DNA of 63,055 nt from Gekko japonicus (GCF_001447785.1 NW_015170887.1:2735053-2798107), one strand, 5' to 3'. Shown: positions 12,911-25,227, counted from the first letter of the stretch. Translations and numbers: made by a program. The notes: generated by a model from the letters alone, not told the origin.

Positions 12911-13339
12911 GTAGAGTTGCTTGGATCTAATGCCTTCTTTCTGCCTGTACACCTCCTTGCCCATTGCAGGGGAAGGTCTCTAGAATAGATTTCATCCCCC
13001 TTGGACTCGGCACATTTCAGCTCCTGGAAAGCCTTGCATGAGTGGAAGTACTTAATGCCCAAGGAACATGTTTTTCTGCAGTGGAGGACTGCCTCTGCAA
13101 CTTATGTAGAGAAGTGTGAGCAGAAAGAAGGAACAGAACCCCAAACATTGCCTGCACAAGTAACTTCTTTTGTCAGACCTGAACCCACCACTAATTTTTC
13201 ATTGAGTGACTCTTTGCTGTGAGAGAGGGAAGAAACAATTCCCTCTTTCCACTCTACTCTCTCCCTCTCCGCATTCTTCATAGTTCTATAAACCTCCATG
13301 CCCTTTCATAATCTTTGCTTCCAAATCCTCCCTCCATGT

Positions 13340-14760
13340 TGCATGTGCAGGGCCAGCCCGAGGTTGTCCTGCGCTCTAGGCGAGCGCAGATGCCAACCTC
13401 CCGGCTGGAGACCATCTGACCACATCTGGTGGCCTCTCTTGCCCGCCCCCCCCGCATCTTTGAAGGACTGGCATGGAGCCCCTACGCGGGGGAGGGGGAA
13501 AACTGGCCCAACTCCGGCCCCGTGAAAAAGTGCCCGGCAGTTCCTCCATTGCCAAGCCAATTGCCAATCTCCCCCCCTTCCCCTCCGATTGGCGACTTTC
13601 TGTGCGTGAGGGAGGGAGGGAGGGGAGGGGTCCCTTTTGCAGTAAAAGTGTTGCCCTCCCCGGATCGCCTCATAAGCCCATTTGAATGAAGGGCCTGGCG
13701 CGAAGACGGAAGAGGGCCCGGCCAGGATGGAAAAGAGAGTTCGGGTGGCGAATCAGTCCGCGTCTTTAGACGGGGTGGCCGGCCTGGAAAGCACCAGGCA
13801 GGGCAGGGATGGTTGCCACAGCCTCTCTCCGCTTCCAGGCGCAGGCAGCCCGAGCCACCCCAAGATCGAAAACACCACCTGGGGGGCCAGGAGCTCGGCC
13901 GGCTCTTGCGCCTGGGACCAAAGCCTGGCCCGCGGGTCATCTGGTGCTCCCGGGGCCAGGCCTGGAGAGCCCCGCTAGACGTGGCGCCGCCCGGTCACCT
14001 CTGGAAAGGCTTCAGCTGGGATTCCCGAGCCCTGTGTCACGTCTGAGCTGGGACCCGCGCAGATCTAATCACTGCTGCTGTATCCCAGACTTCCGAAGAA
14101 GGGGGCCTCAACTGCGCACAAACGGGAACTCCTGTACCCAGAATTAAACTGTGTTGGCCTTAAAGGTGCCCCTGGACTTGGACTGCATTCTCGGAAGCAA
14201 CCAGGCACCGGCTTCGTGGCGGGGAGTTCCATGGGAGTGGCCTTCGCCGGCGGCCTTTTGAGCCCAGGAATCATCTAGGCCGGAGGGCGTCTCCTGGCTG
14301 GGGGGGGCATTCCCGCGGGCTCCTCCTTCCCAGCAAGCCCCTTATTCAGACAAATGTGCACAGGATCACGGCCGCGAGAGTGCGTGGGGGGGTCTCCTTC
14401 AGAGCTTCTCCCACTGCCCGGTGCTCCCCTTGGCTGCAGGTGATGATGAGAGGCCGCGGGGATTCCCGTGGCTGCACGCGGGATTTCCTGTTGGGGCGCT
14501 GATTGGGCCGGCGGCCTCGCGGATAGGCTCCCTGCCTGCCTGCCTGCCTCGCCAAGCCGGACAGCGCTCCCCTTGGCCCCCTTTCCCCCGCCCTTCTTGC
14601 CCTGGCCTGGCTGCGATTGAGAGGCTGCTGGCGGCCGCCCCTGCCTCCTCTCGCGCCCTCACAGCCGGCTTGCGCTCTAGGCGAAGGCCTAGTTCGCCTA
14701 GCGGGCGAGCCGGCCCTGTGCATGTGCTCTTGTTAAATTGCCTGATGACCAGATCTGAAC
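13340..14760. promoter_or_regulatory. CpG island / probable promoter
   Basis: About 1.4 kb of GC- and CpG-rich unique-looking sequence in a CpG-depleted background; CCAAT at 13557 and 13564, ATTGG at 13588 and 14502; GC boxes; kB-like decamers at 14221, 14304 and 14458. Confidence 0.85.
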
Positions 14761-15961
14761 CTCCCAAGAACCTTTTAGGTCACCTTTCTGCCAAGCTCAT
14801 TATAGCAGTCAACATTTCAGGTTGCAAAAGCATGAATGAAGGCTGCTGAGGCTCAATCTGATAGCACAGCCATGACCAATCCTTGGCTCAAATGTGAGCA
14901 TCAGTGGAGACATTGATTGTTACGACACTTGGTCAGTTCTCCCATTTCTGTTCCTTTTTTCCTAGGGGGAAATAATATTTGCCCGTGTGATACTGAAAAT
15001 CCACCACAGAGAGGATATCTAGGGAACAAAGTTTATACCAGTAGCACTGAAAAGTGAAGCTTCCTTTCTCTGTTCAGCCTGTATCTTCAGTCTCAACTCT
15101 TTGCCTAATCCACTGACCTCCATTTTTTCATCTTTGGTGAGGCTTTTTAAGCAAGGGCAGATTTATCTGTAATGATGAGAGGAAACAAACAAGATAAAAA
15201 GGGAGAGATAAGTGACGAGACAGGATTTCAATCCTGGCCTGCATTTAAAAGTGAGCGACTGTCAATGCTAATAATATAAAACTAACAGGGTAGTGGGCCT
15301 GACACATGTTGGGCCAGGGAATGCGTAGAGTCGTTTGAAAATTCAATCAGAGATGGTAGTCAGAAATGCAGCCAGTGTGTCTGGGATTTGAGTTTAAAAC
15401 ATTTGCTTGACGTATTCCACTGCCACAAGGGCAGACAGAGAGAGAGAGCACATTGGCATGGAAGGCAGGTGCTTTGCTATGCAGAAAAAAATTGTGGTTT
15501 CAGCTCTGCCACAGAAGCAAAACAGAGGAAATTCATGGGGGGGGGGGGGGCCCTGCAAATGGTTGTGCCTGGTGTTCATGAGGAAAACTGGCCTCATCAG
15601 CAAGATATCCAACTAGAGATTAATTCTGAAAAAAAGAGGTATGTTAATATTTAAGCATGCTTGAGAGCCATTCAGTCTGACCTCAGGGTCTTCCTCCTAA
15701 CCCCTAGAAATATGGTGGGGTCAGCTGTGACTCACTGGTGGTCAGTTGCACTTTGTATATACCCCAAAAGCACCCTTTTAACTATTATTTTGCATGTTTC
15801 AGCTCTGCCAGCTGCATCAGGCATGACATGTTCTTTCTAAGAAGTCATTTCAGTGCAGGAAAAATGGCTCATCCCACCATAATGGAAGTCGGTGACTGCC
15901 TGGGCAAGAGAACTCTGGGAATCTCAGCATTCAATTTCTTCTCTGGGTGTATTTATGTATA

Positions 15962-16729
15962 TGTATAGAAATATTGCTTCTATATTCACATGCCTTCTCC
16001 TGTGATGTCTTTTGATAACATGCTGTGTCTTATTTCCTGTTGCAAGCCAAATGGTGAGGCCACATGGCCTCAATAGCCATGCCATAAACCCACATTATTT
16101 CACACTTTCATGCCAAAAGCCAGACCTCATAGCTACAGTTTCTGGCCCACATGCGACAAGTCACATACACAATGAAGTAGCTGGAGTTTGGGTCAGCTGA
16201 CTGCAGGCAGGATCTCCAAACTTCCAGCCAATCCCACAAACCTGATGTTAGCAACCATGGCAACCAACAATTGGGCACACCTTTGCCCACTCGCAATTGG
16301 CTGATGGCCACATCTAATTTGTGACTGGAATTGGGGTATAATTGTTTGATCCCTATGGGAGTGAGCCTCTTTTTCCTGTTCTCTTGCTCTTGCTCTCTCC
16401 CCTGTCATTGTCTGTTTTATTGCACCTGAAATGCTATCCCTTGGGAGACAAAGAGTTGCTTTGTGAACTGGAGCACATGGGTGCAAGGATGGGATTTCTC
16501 CTCAAAATCCCTTGGTACTTGGACTATCCTGGACTGTGGATGTTCTGACTTGGTAACTATGAATCATTAATGTTTAGTCAAGGTAAACAGCCCTAGCCTT
16601 TGTTATTTTTGTAATCTCTGGTAGTCTATGCTAAGCTCTGTACTGAATAAAGATCCTTCTTATTGCTAATTTGTCTTTGATGTTATAACTTGAATTCCAA
16701 GTCTAAATCTTGTGCCTACACGCTCACCA
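15962..16729 (+). mobile_element. probable ERV-like solo LTR
   Basis: TG...CA termini with 4-bp tata flanks (15958-15961 and 16730-16733); TATA-like gggtataa near 16334; AATAAA at 16646. Confidence 0.55.
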
Positions 16730-17239
16730 TATACGCTACCATTGAAGAGTAAAAGTGTGCATCTCTAGATTGAGTTGCTAATGTGTTAAATCCCAGAAGC
16801 TAACTAATGGCTGGAATCTCTCCCTTAGGAAAGGCAGGGACTATTGAAGAGAGATTCTGGTGGCAAATTGTTCTGAAACCAGAGAGGGTATATACCATCT
16901 CGTGGTTTGTTGTTTAATGTACTGAAAAGTACAGGATTCCCTCTCATTCCTGGACTGGCCTGAGTGGGCTAATCTCTGTACAGTATATTCTTCCATTTGG
17001 AGCAAAAATGTCTGAGAATCAGTGCTGGGCAAATTAGAAATCAGATTATATTTCTTAACACTGAATTTCACTACTCATAATTGTTTCTTACAACAGTCCT
17101 CTTAGAAATACTGAAAGCTACCCTATATTGTTTACTCGGGACTGTTTAATCAGGGATAAATATACTTCCATGGGATAGGCAGGGAGGCAACAAGGAGAGA
17201 AAGATGGGAGGTTTGGCCACAAATAGGTTACAAGACTCA

Positions 17240-17330
17240 TGGTGCAGTCCTAAGTAGAGTAATACTTTTCTAAATCCATCAAAATAAGTAGGCTTAGAAA
17301 GGTTTAACTCTGTTTAGGACTCGCACTGTC
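17240..17330. mobile_element. ~90-bp palindromic MITE (cagtgcaatcctaaacagagt-type termini)
   Basis: gtgcagtcctaagtagagtaa / ttaactctgtttaggactcgcac inverted arms; relatives at about 21415-21500, 21578-21662, 30935-31763 and 43862. Confidence 0.6.
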
Positions 17331-17874
17331 AGGTAAATACTTGTAACTTTGTTCCATGGGAACAAACCTTGTTCTCCCCCAGTTTTATTCCGGGGGGGGG
17401 GAGGAAATTTGGGGGAAAATTGTAATATATGCCATACTTACTTCCCTATCAAACCTAAAACTTCTTTTACTGATTGAGCAACACAAAATACATCATGCAT
17501 ATGGACTATTTGCCATATTTATGGAATTTAAAAGTGCAAATATCTTCATTTTCTATAAAAATTGCAAGCTTACCCAGTACTTGAGAAAGAGTTACAAACT
17601 ACTAAACCCTATGCTACCATAGCACATGTTTTAATTTTTGCCATCATAGAAAACAAAAGCAGAAGGTAGTAAAGAAAAGCAAGTGTATTATTTGAACAGA
17701 AACTCTTTCAAGGAGTCACAATAGATAGGACTTATTTGAATATTAGGCTAAACTTTATAACACGGAAAACACTGTCTAATAATATATTATCATTACAGTA
17801 TAACATAGTGACTGTTCCCAATTATTTACATGTAAACAAAAAACACTTGAAAATATTGTGTATGTCTACAATAA

Positions 17875-18230
17875 TGAGCTGCGGTGGCTCAAGTGGTTAA
17901 GACGCTGAACTGCAGGCTGTGGAAGGTCAGTAGTTCAGCAGTTCGAGACCTGAGTGTGCTGCATGACGGAGTGAGCTCCTGTCTCTAGTTCTAGCTCCTG
18001 CCAACCTAGCAGTTCTAAAGCAAGAAATTGCAAGCAGATAAATAGGTACCACTTCAGTGGGAAGGTAACAGCGTTCCGTGCACCTTGGTGTTTAGTCATG
18101 CCGGCCACATGACCACGGAAATGTCTTCGGACAGCGCTGGCTCTTCGGCTTTGAATCGGAGATGAGCACCACAACCCTAGAGTCGGATTCGACTGGCTTT
18201 CGAGCAAGGGAACCTTTACCTTTACCTTTT
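17875..18230 (+). mobile_element. Sauria SINE, full length
   Basis: tRNA head ggtggctcaagtggttaag...gttcgagacc, body gacggagtgagctcc, (accttt)n tail; TSD tacaataa at 17867 and 18231. Confidence 0.92.
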
Positions 18231-18284
18231 TACAATAACAGGAGTTTTTCAGCACTCTCTCCAAATTTCCCAATGTTTCCGTTT

Positions 18285-18564
18285 GAAGAGAAGAAGAGAA
18301 GAGGAGATTGGATTTATACCCCAACCTTCACTACCCAAAGGAGTCTCAGAGCAGCTTGCAATCTCCTTTCCCTTTCCCTCCCCACAACAGACACCCTGTG
18401 AGGTGGGGCTGAGAGAGCTCTTTCGAGAACTGCTCATGAGAGAACAGCTCTGAAAGAAGTTGTGACTGATCCAAGGTCACACCAGCAGCTGCATGTGGAG
18501 AAGTGGGGAATCAAACCCAGTTCTCCCAGATTAGAGTCTGCAGTCCTAACCACTACACCAAACT
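18285..18564 (-). mobile_element. tRNA/CORE-type SINE with L2-like tail (Squam2-type)
   Basis: Reverse complement starts agtttggtgtagtggttagg, has ctcacagggtgtctgttgtgggg and ends ggggtataaatccaatctcc(ttc)n. Confidence 0.85.
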
Positions 18565-21414
18565 CCTATGGCTATTTCATGCATACATTTTAGGTGTGGA
18601 AAACCTTGCCTTATGAAGCATTTTATTCATTTTAAAAGTGAAATATATTTCATAGGAATTTATTTTCAGTATCCCCAGAAATGTTTCATTTTTTTGATGA
18701 AAAATTTGGGGGGAAATCCAAATGTTTCCATTTTTTTGCCCAGACCCTCTCTAGTTGAAACCTCAAGGCAGGGACCTTCTTGGGCCTCTTTGGGTCTCAA
18801 GGCAAGTAGCCACAAAGTTCACCAACTCATCCCTACTCATGCTTGAGAGCTTCTCCCTAGCTTCCTTCTCATGTTCTCCTTTCCAGTCAGCACTGCTGAG
18901 CACACCTTGGTTCCAGGTTCTGACTCTGTTCTCTCTACTCTCAGGCCTTGATTTTTATCAGCCTCTCACCATCTAAAGAAAGCTGCGATCTGATTGCCTT
19001 GCCTGCCCCTCTTTACTCTTGGAAAGGTCAGCATGCTTGAACGCTGCTTTCAGGATCCTGCTGCTGCAGCCACATAAACACATAAAGCTGCTTTATACTG
19101 TTAACGGCAGGACATTTTTGAGGTCATAATTCATAAGGTCACTGTAAGTCAGAATGGGTTGATGGTGCATAATATATACACACTACTTGGTCCTTCTAAC
19201 TGGACATAGCAGGGACTGAACCTGATCTGTTAATGGTCGACCTCCGGATCATGGGGGAAAAAAACCACTGGGAAATATCATTTTAGTATTACAGGTCCAG
19301 CAGTCCTGAAAAACCTAGTAGATTTCTCAGTTTAGGACTGTAGGAAAAAAATGGGCTGTTGACATTAAAGGCTCATTACTCCAAAGGGGTATCAACAGAA
19401 GTCATTTATCATCATCATTATGATCATCATCACCATCATTAGCATTGCCATCTTCAAGTCAATCTCACTCTTGTCATTGGTCTGAAGCAAATTTTTAATG
19501 TGTGCTTATCAAGATGTACAAAGCTGGGTTCTGCATGCAAGAGATTACTTTGTGACATTGAAAGAAAGTATGTTTCATAAACAGTAATGGAGTTGAACAC
19601 AGCGTGATCCCAGCAAGGTATGCAAAAATGATTAGAGCCTGAAATGAGAAATTAAGTCCTTTTTTTGTATAAAGGACACAGAGTTATTCACTGTAGTAAA
19701 GCTAAATGAGTATGTCCTCATACAAACTGCTTCTCCTTTAGTATAGAAGCTCCCCTCCCCCTGCCCAGAATATCTCCATTACAGCTCAGTGGACAAAGAG
19801 TTATGTTCGGACGTGGTGGACCTGCTTCAAATCCTCCCCAGTCAATAAAGTTCACTGGGTGGCTTTGGAGAAATCATAAGCTTTCAACTGAACCGACCTC
19901 ACAAGGGGAGGCTAAAGGAGAACGTGACAGCATTCTATGCAAAGAAAATGAAGATCTCAATTTGAGGCATGTTCCCTAAGGATGCAAATATGGATGGTTT
20001 TCTCATGTCAATAATTTTTAAAGAAACCAGACATTACAATGTTCTACCTATCTTTTTTTTAGATTTTACATCACTTATAGCCATGCATTTCTTGCTTAGA
20101 CCATGAAAAGCAAAGTGATGCATATATTGTATTTCAGTCATGCTGCCCTTCCTTCAAGAAGGTCATGGTGGTGTACAAAGATCTCCCCTTCTTCATTATG
20201 ACCTCACAACAACCCTATGATGTGGGGCCATCTAGTGAGATTGTTGACTGAGTGGGAATTTGAATATTGGTCTTCCTCATTATTGTTCAGTATGTTGCTA
20301 ATTACTCTGCCCCACTGGTTCACAAGGTTCTCAAAGGAAAACTTCTACACTTCAATTGAACAAATCATTAACAGCATTAGATCTTCTTGAATTTGCAGCA
20401 AGACTGAAGCTCAAGCTCCAAAGTGAAAACTGTTCCATTCATTTTTTCCCCCACTAATTTTATTATAATAGCATAATATTAGGCACGGGCTCAGCAAAAC
20501 ATTTCCATGGGATGAAAGATTTCTTCCCACATGCAAATGTTCCCACCTCCCCTTGTGCTGTAGCCCCAAAGCCCACCCAGTTCTGTTCCTGGTAGTCTCT
20601 TGTCCCTCAGGAGCAGCAGGGGGGGATTTTAGGCTGTAGTGGGAGGAGAAGATGAGAAAATCGTGTTCTGACGGTTCAGATCCTTCCACCCTGGAAATGT
20701 CCAGCTGGATTGAAGCCACTATACCGTTCATGTTGATACATCAGTTGGTCTTAGGCTTAATCCTTAAGTGCAAGAAAGTATAGAAGAAGATATATTATGA
20801 TGGCCCTAAGAAAGAAAGATTACTTCATCCAGTGCTTGTAAGCTAAAAGTTTGGCTCTTCAAGACTGCAAAGACGGACTGTCTTGGACAATGAAAAAATT
20901 GACTGAAGATCTACTGTCTATCAAAGAAAACATCTGCTTCCACAGAAGAGCTGCAGCAATGCCTATAGAACAAATATGGTCTCCATTCCTGAGTCTGTAG
21001 GCCAAATAAACGTTTCCTGCTAAGAGGAAGGACGCTTTTTAACACTGTCATTAGAGGCACGGGAGCTTCCTCAGTGTTGCTGTTTCTCATGATGCTTAAT
21101 AATGTTAGTAGTCCATGGTCATGTGAGATGAGTCCATGCCATGGCTACTTCCCATGCCACTATTGCCCCTCCTAGAAACTAGAGCAAGGCAGACATGGGA
21201 AGGAGCTGTAATGTGAACTCCTCCCCCCTCCACTCATCATTATCTGGGAAGGAACTCCATGTCACAGAGATGATATCAAAAAAGGCCCTAATAAAACCAC
21301 AACTGAATTCCCATGCTCCATCTCACAGAGCATTATGGTGTTTTTCTCTCCTCCTCCCACTATTCCCCTCCCCCATAATTGACCATCTTAATATAGAAGT
21401 TTGTTGTTGTTAGG

Positions 21415-21718
21415 ACAATCCTAAACAATGATATTCTTCTAAGACCATTGATTTGAATGGGCTCAGAAGGATGTTACTCTACTTAGGACTGCACTGTAAA
21501 TCCTTTGAACCTTGTTGTGTGGATCTCTCCCCAACGCTTTGAACCGTGTTGTGTGGATCTCTCCCCAACCCCTGTGAACAATCCTAAACAATTATATCCT
21601 TCTAAGACCATTGAATTGAATGGGCTCAGAAGGATGTTACTCTACTTAGGACTGCACTGTAAATCCCTGAGTACACCTTTGAACCTTGTTGTGTGGATCT
21701 CTCCCCAACTGCTGTGAA
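21415..21718. repeat. complex local tandem duplication
   Basis: Segment acaatcctaaacaa...gcactgtaaatcc occurs twice; ctttgaacc(t/g)tgttgtgtggatctctccccaac occurs three times. Confidence 0.9.
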
Positions 21719-22188
21719 ACGGAAAGCTCATTACCTTTCTCTACTGACACACAAAGAGACATCTGTGGAAGTAAACCAGAGACATGAGACTTACCTTTTT
21801 CTTCCTCCCTTGTTATATCTGCTCTGCTGTTAGGAAGAGATATGCTGGGTCACTTCCTTACACCCTCAATATCTTGACAGCTCTACTTCCTTGTTGTATT
21901 CTTCTTTTCATTTCCTGCAGATTTGTGGCAAAAGAAATTAGAATAAAGTCAAGCAAGGCAAGCAGGCAGAGTGGAACTAGACATTACAAACGAAGAAGAG
22001 GCCTATTCAGAAATCTTGAACGAATACAGTTTCTTTGTGAAATGCATGAACTTGGCTGGTTGGCATGCCTGTGTAGTTCTTCCCCTCCTTTCCTCATGCA
22101 CTGAGTCTGATTTGGGTCTTCTTGATTTTAGAAATCTTCATTCTAGCTCCAATGCACCCCAACTGGAATTGCAGACCAGGATTAAACC

Positions 22189-22416
22189 ATGGATTGCAAT
22201 CCTAGTGTGTGGAGAAGAAATAAATCTTTATTTGCCCAGGCTCCTGAGTTCAGACATCAAATTGAAGATTTCCTAAACCACATCATGCTTCATGATCAAG
22301 AAGAAGAGGAGGGAGTATCTGAACATGCCCATTATGAACAAATCTCTGGCTGTGCATGCTGTCTAAATGCAGCCATATTCTTTCTTGGTATGGTCCCATG
22401 TAAAACCAATATATGA
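22189..22416 (+). CDS. candidate short ORF or first coding exon of an unidentified gene
   Basis: accATGG Kozak context right after an in-frame stop; strong acceptor ttcttttcatttcctgcag ending 21920; possible donor G|gtatgg after 22387; non-repeat sequence; protein not recognised. Confidence 0.3.
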   Translation: MDCNPSVWRRNKSLFAQAPEFRHQIEDFLNHIMLHDQEEEEGVSEHAHYEQISGCACCLNAAIFFLGMVPCKTNI

Positions 22417-22845
22417 TATCATTGCATTGCATTTATATGCCTCTGGCTACCAGCAGCCAATAATACGAGAAAGAGATATGTGGAGGAAAATGACATCATG
22501 GCACATACTGCACATGAAGGGGGGGAGAAATGTGGTGAGGTGGCCATTTCACATCATAGGAAACATCTACTACTGCCCTTTTGGAATGCCAAAAAACTTG
22601 CCATTAGTAGAAGATGACCATGTTATCACCGTTAACAAAAGTGACCAAACTTGCTGAGACTGGGAATTACACCTTCTGTTATGCATCTGTTCAATTCCTT
22701 CAGTGTGGACAACTTTGGACAACTGGAGAGAACATCCAGTGATAACATTCATTAACTCCAGTGGTTGCTGTTAGTGTAAGATTCCCAAAGATGATGGCCC
22801 ATTTGCTAATGCTGAATACAGATAAGATGGAGGTAATGGTAGCTG

Positions 22846-23684
22846 CTCTCTCTGGATCACTGCCTTGACATGGTGAGGGGATTGTGTGGTTCGATGAGGC
22901 TGCAGGCTATGCCGTGGAGGGCCACCCAGGATGGACAGAACTCAGACAAAACATGATCCACTGGAGAAGGAAATGGCAACCCACTCCAGTATCTTTGCTA
23001 AGAAAACCCCATGGACAGTATGCTTTCGAATTATGGTGCTGGAGAAAACTCTTGAGAGTCCCTTGGACTGCAAGGAGGTCAAATCAGTCAATCCTAAAAG
23101 AAATCAAGAAGAAGAAGAAGAGGAGGAGGAGATTGGGTTTATACCCCGCCCTTCACTACCCAAGGGAGTCTCAGAGTGGCTTAGAAACTCCTTTCCCTTC
23201 CCCTCCCCACAACAGACACCCTGTGAGGTAGGTGGGGCTGAGAGAGCTCTGACAGAAACTGCTCTTTTTCAAGAACAGCTGTGCCAGAACTACGGCTTGC
23301 CCAAGATCATCCAGCAGGTGCAAGTGGAGGAGTGGGGAATCAAACCCGGTTCTCCCAGATTAGAGTCCATGCACTTAACCACTATACCAAACTGGCTCAA
23401 CCCTGACTGTTCCCTGGAAGGCCAGATACTGAAGCACAAATACTTTGGCCACCAGATGAGAAGGGAGCACTCACTGGAGAAGACCCTGATGCTGGGAAAG
23501 ATTGAAGGTCAAAGAAGAAGGGGACGGCAAAGGATGAGATGGTTAGACAGTGTTATTGATGCAACGAACATGACATTAAGCAAACTCCGAAGCATGATGG
23601 AAGACAGGAGGGCCTGGCGTGATGTGGTCCATGAGGTCGCAAAGAGTCAGACTTGACTGTGCGACTGAACAACAAACAACAAAA
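22846..23684 (+). mobile_element. internally deleted Bov-B (RTE) LINE derivative
   Basis: 5' UTR motif ggagaaggaaatggcaacccactccagtat joined directly to ORF C-terminus AFELWCWR...LEKTLMLGKIEG..RRRGRQRMRWLD; (caa)n tail; TSD aatggtag(c/t)tg at 22835 and 23685. Confidence 0.9.
23108..23396 (-). mobile_element. Squam2-type SINE nested in the Bov-B derivative
   Basis: Same family as 18285-18564; interrupts the Bov-B reading ...KEI|NPDCSLEG; tcaa repeated at both junctions. Confidence 0.9.
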
Positions 23685-25227
23685 AATGGTAGTTGAAAAG
23701 GCTGGTAGTTTGGAAGTATTAGATCCAACTTTTTTGTGTGGTGTTGGCTTGAATCTTATAAACCAGTTCTCTCTGTGTTAGACAGTGTTTGCTGCTGTGG
23801 AGTGCACTTCCTCTTCTGCTGTTTGCACAAGTCCAATGCTGCTTAGTGGGCCCTTGCACAAACTGATGCTTTAGCAGAAGAGGAAGCATATGCATGGAAC
23901 ACGTTCATAGGATCCAGGCTATAAAGCTGATGAGTAAGATGGGTGAAGTCAGGTTAGGCAATGGTAGGAGGCCACAGTAAACAATACAAATAAATTGTGT
24001 AGCAGAAGAAATTGAGGAAAGATCAGAATGATGCTGGATGGTAGTACTGGATCTACAGAACAGGAAGAGCAGCTGAACTTCTAGTATCCCCCAGGGAATT
24101 AACAGAGATTGAAAGAGGCAACAGCAGGCCGCTTAATATGGGTCGGTTTGTTTTCATTAGCAACAATCATGATAACATTTCTCTCCCTGCTCCACTGCCT
24201 TTGTCCTTTTTTTTCCTGGAGTGAGCATTTGGAGTCAGGGTTTCTGTTATATCTAGGTCAGGAAGCCTAAGTAGGTCATGCTGCCTTCCTAAATGTGGTA
24301 AATCTGGAAGTGAAGGGAGGAAGACTGGCCTGTAAACAAAAGACAATGGGCTGGGCTAATGCAGGCAGGGAGGGGATCCAAATGCAAAGTGACATGCCGT
24401 GGGAGCATGCCTACGTCTAGAGCTTGCGATGCATTGGAGTGAACAGGGAAGACTGGAGAGAGATGGGAACAGGATGGTAAAGGAAGATGGTCCAGCCATA
24501 AGTGAGTGTAGCAAGAATAGCTGGGGAATGAGCAGTGGTCAGGCCCAGAGAAGTCTTGGCTGCATGAGTTCAGTCAGTGAACTGAGACATTAGATTAGAG
24601 CCCCAAGCTAGATAGTCAGTAAGGCAAAACTAAAGGTGAGAGCACTGGTAATAAAACGGAGATCAAGATACTAGATCAGAGTCCATGGAGGCAATCTGGT
24701 TTGATGCTTTGGGAAAGCCTAGGAATAGACCCCAGGAGTATAGGAAATCATCGGAGAACTGGAAAACAAGAGAGAAGAAAGATGTGTAATGGGCAGAGAG
24801 GCAGATATGAACCTCACACACGTGTTGAAGCTCTAGTAGCAAAAACATGGGATGATGCTTCAAATTTTCTGCTGAACAGAAAACCTCCAAATGGTCAGTT
24901 TACTGCATCGGTACTTGGAGAAGCCGGTCACTGCCAGGACTGCAGCCAGTCAGACTGGAGACGTTTGAACTCTGCTGTACAGTTTCAGGTGTTGTAGCTT
25001 GAGGAAGCCTCAGTGTCATCGCTTCCCGTGTCCCAAATAACTTGGTATGCTTCTTAACTCCCCAACCTCTTTAAGGAAGGCTGCATCCGATATAGGTATA
25101 TTTTAAAAGAGAAGCAAGAAAAATAAACATTTTTAAAATACAGAGAAACTACACAGTGGAACTCAGAAAACCTTCTGTCTGATTGTCTATGGTTCTGGCT
25201 GCAAGCAGGAAATAAATGCATAGGTGG

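Noticed and set aside
13298-14849. Many overlapping ORFs in the CpG island
   Set aside because: Stop-poor GC-rich sequence gives ORFs in all frames; low-complexity R/P/G/A peptides with no recognisable domain.
21415-21718. CRISPR-like repeat-spacer array
   Set aside because: Eukaryotic context, irregular spacing and duplicated 'spacers'; a local tandem duplication.
22931-23656. 241-aa ORF as a novel protein
   Set aside because: It is a chance read-through of Bov-B UTR, an antisense SINE and the Bov-B ORF end.
24330-24990. Possible additional solo LTR
   Set aside because: Has AATAAA and LTR-like composition, but I could not define termini or a TSD.
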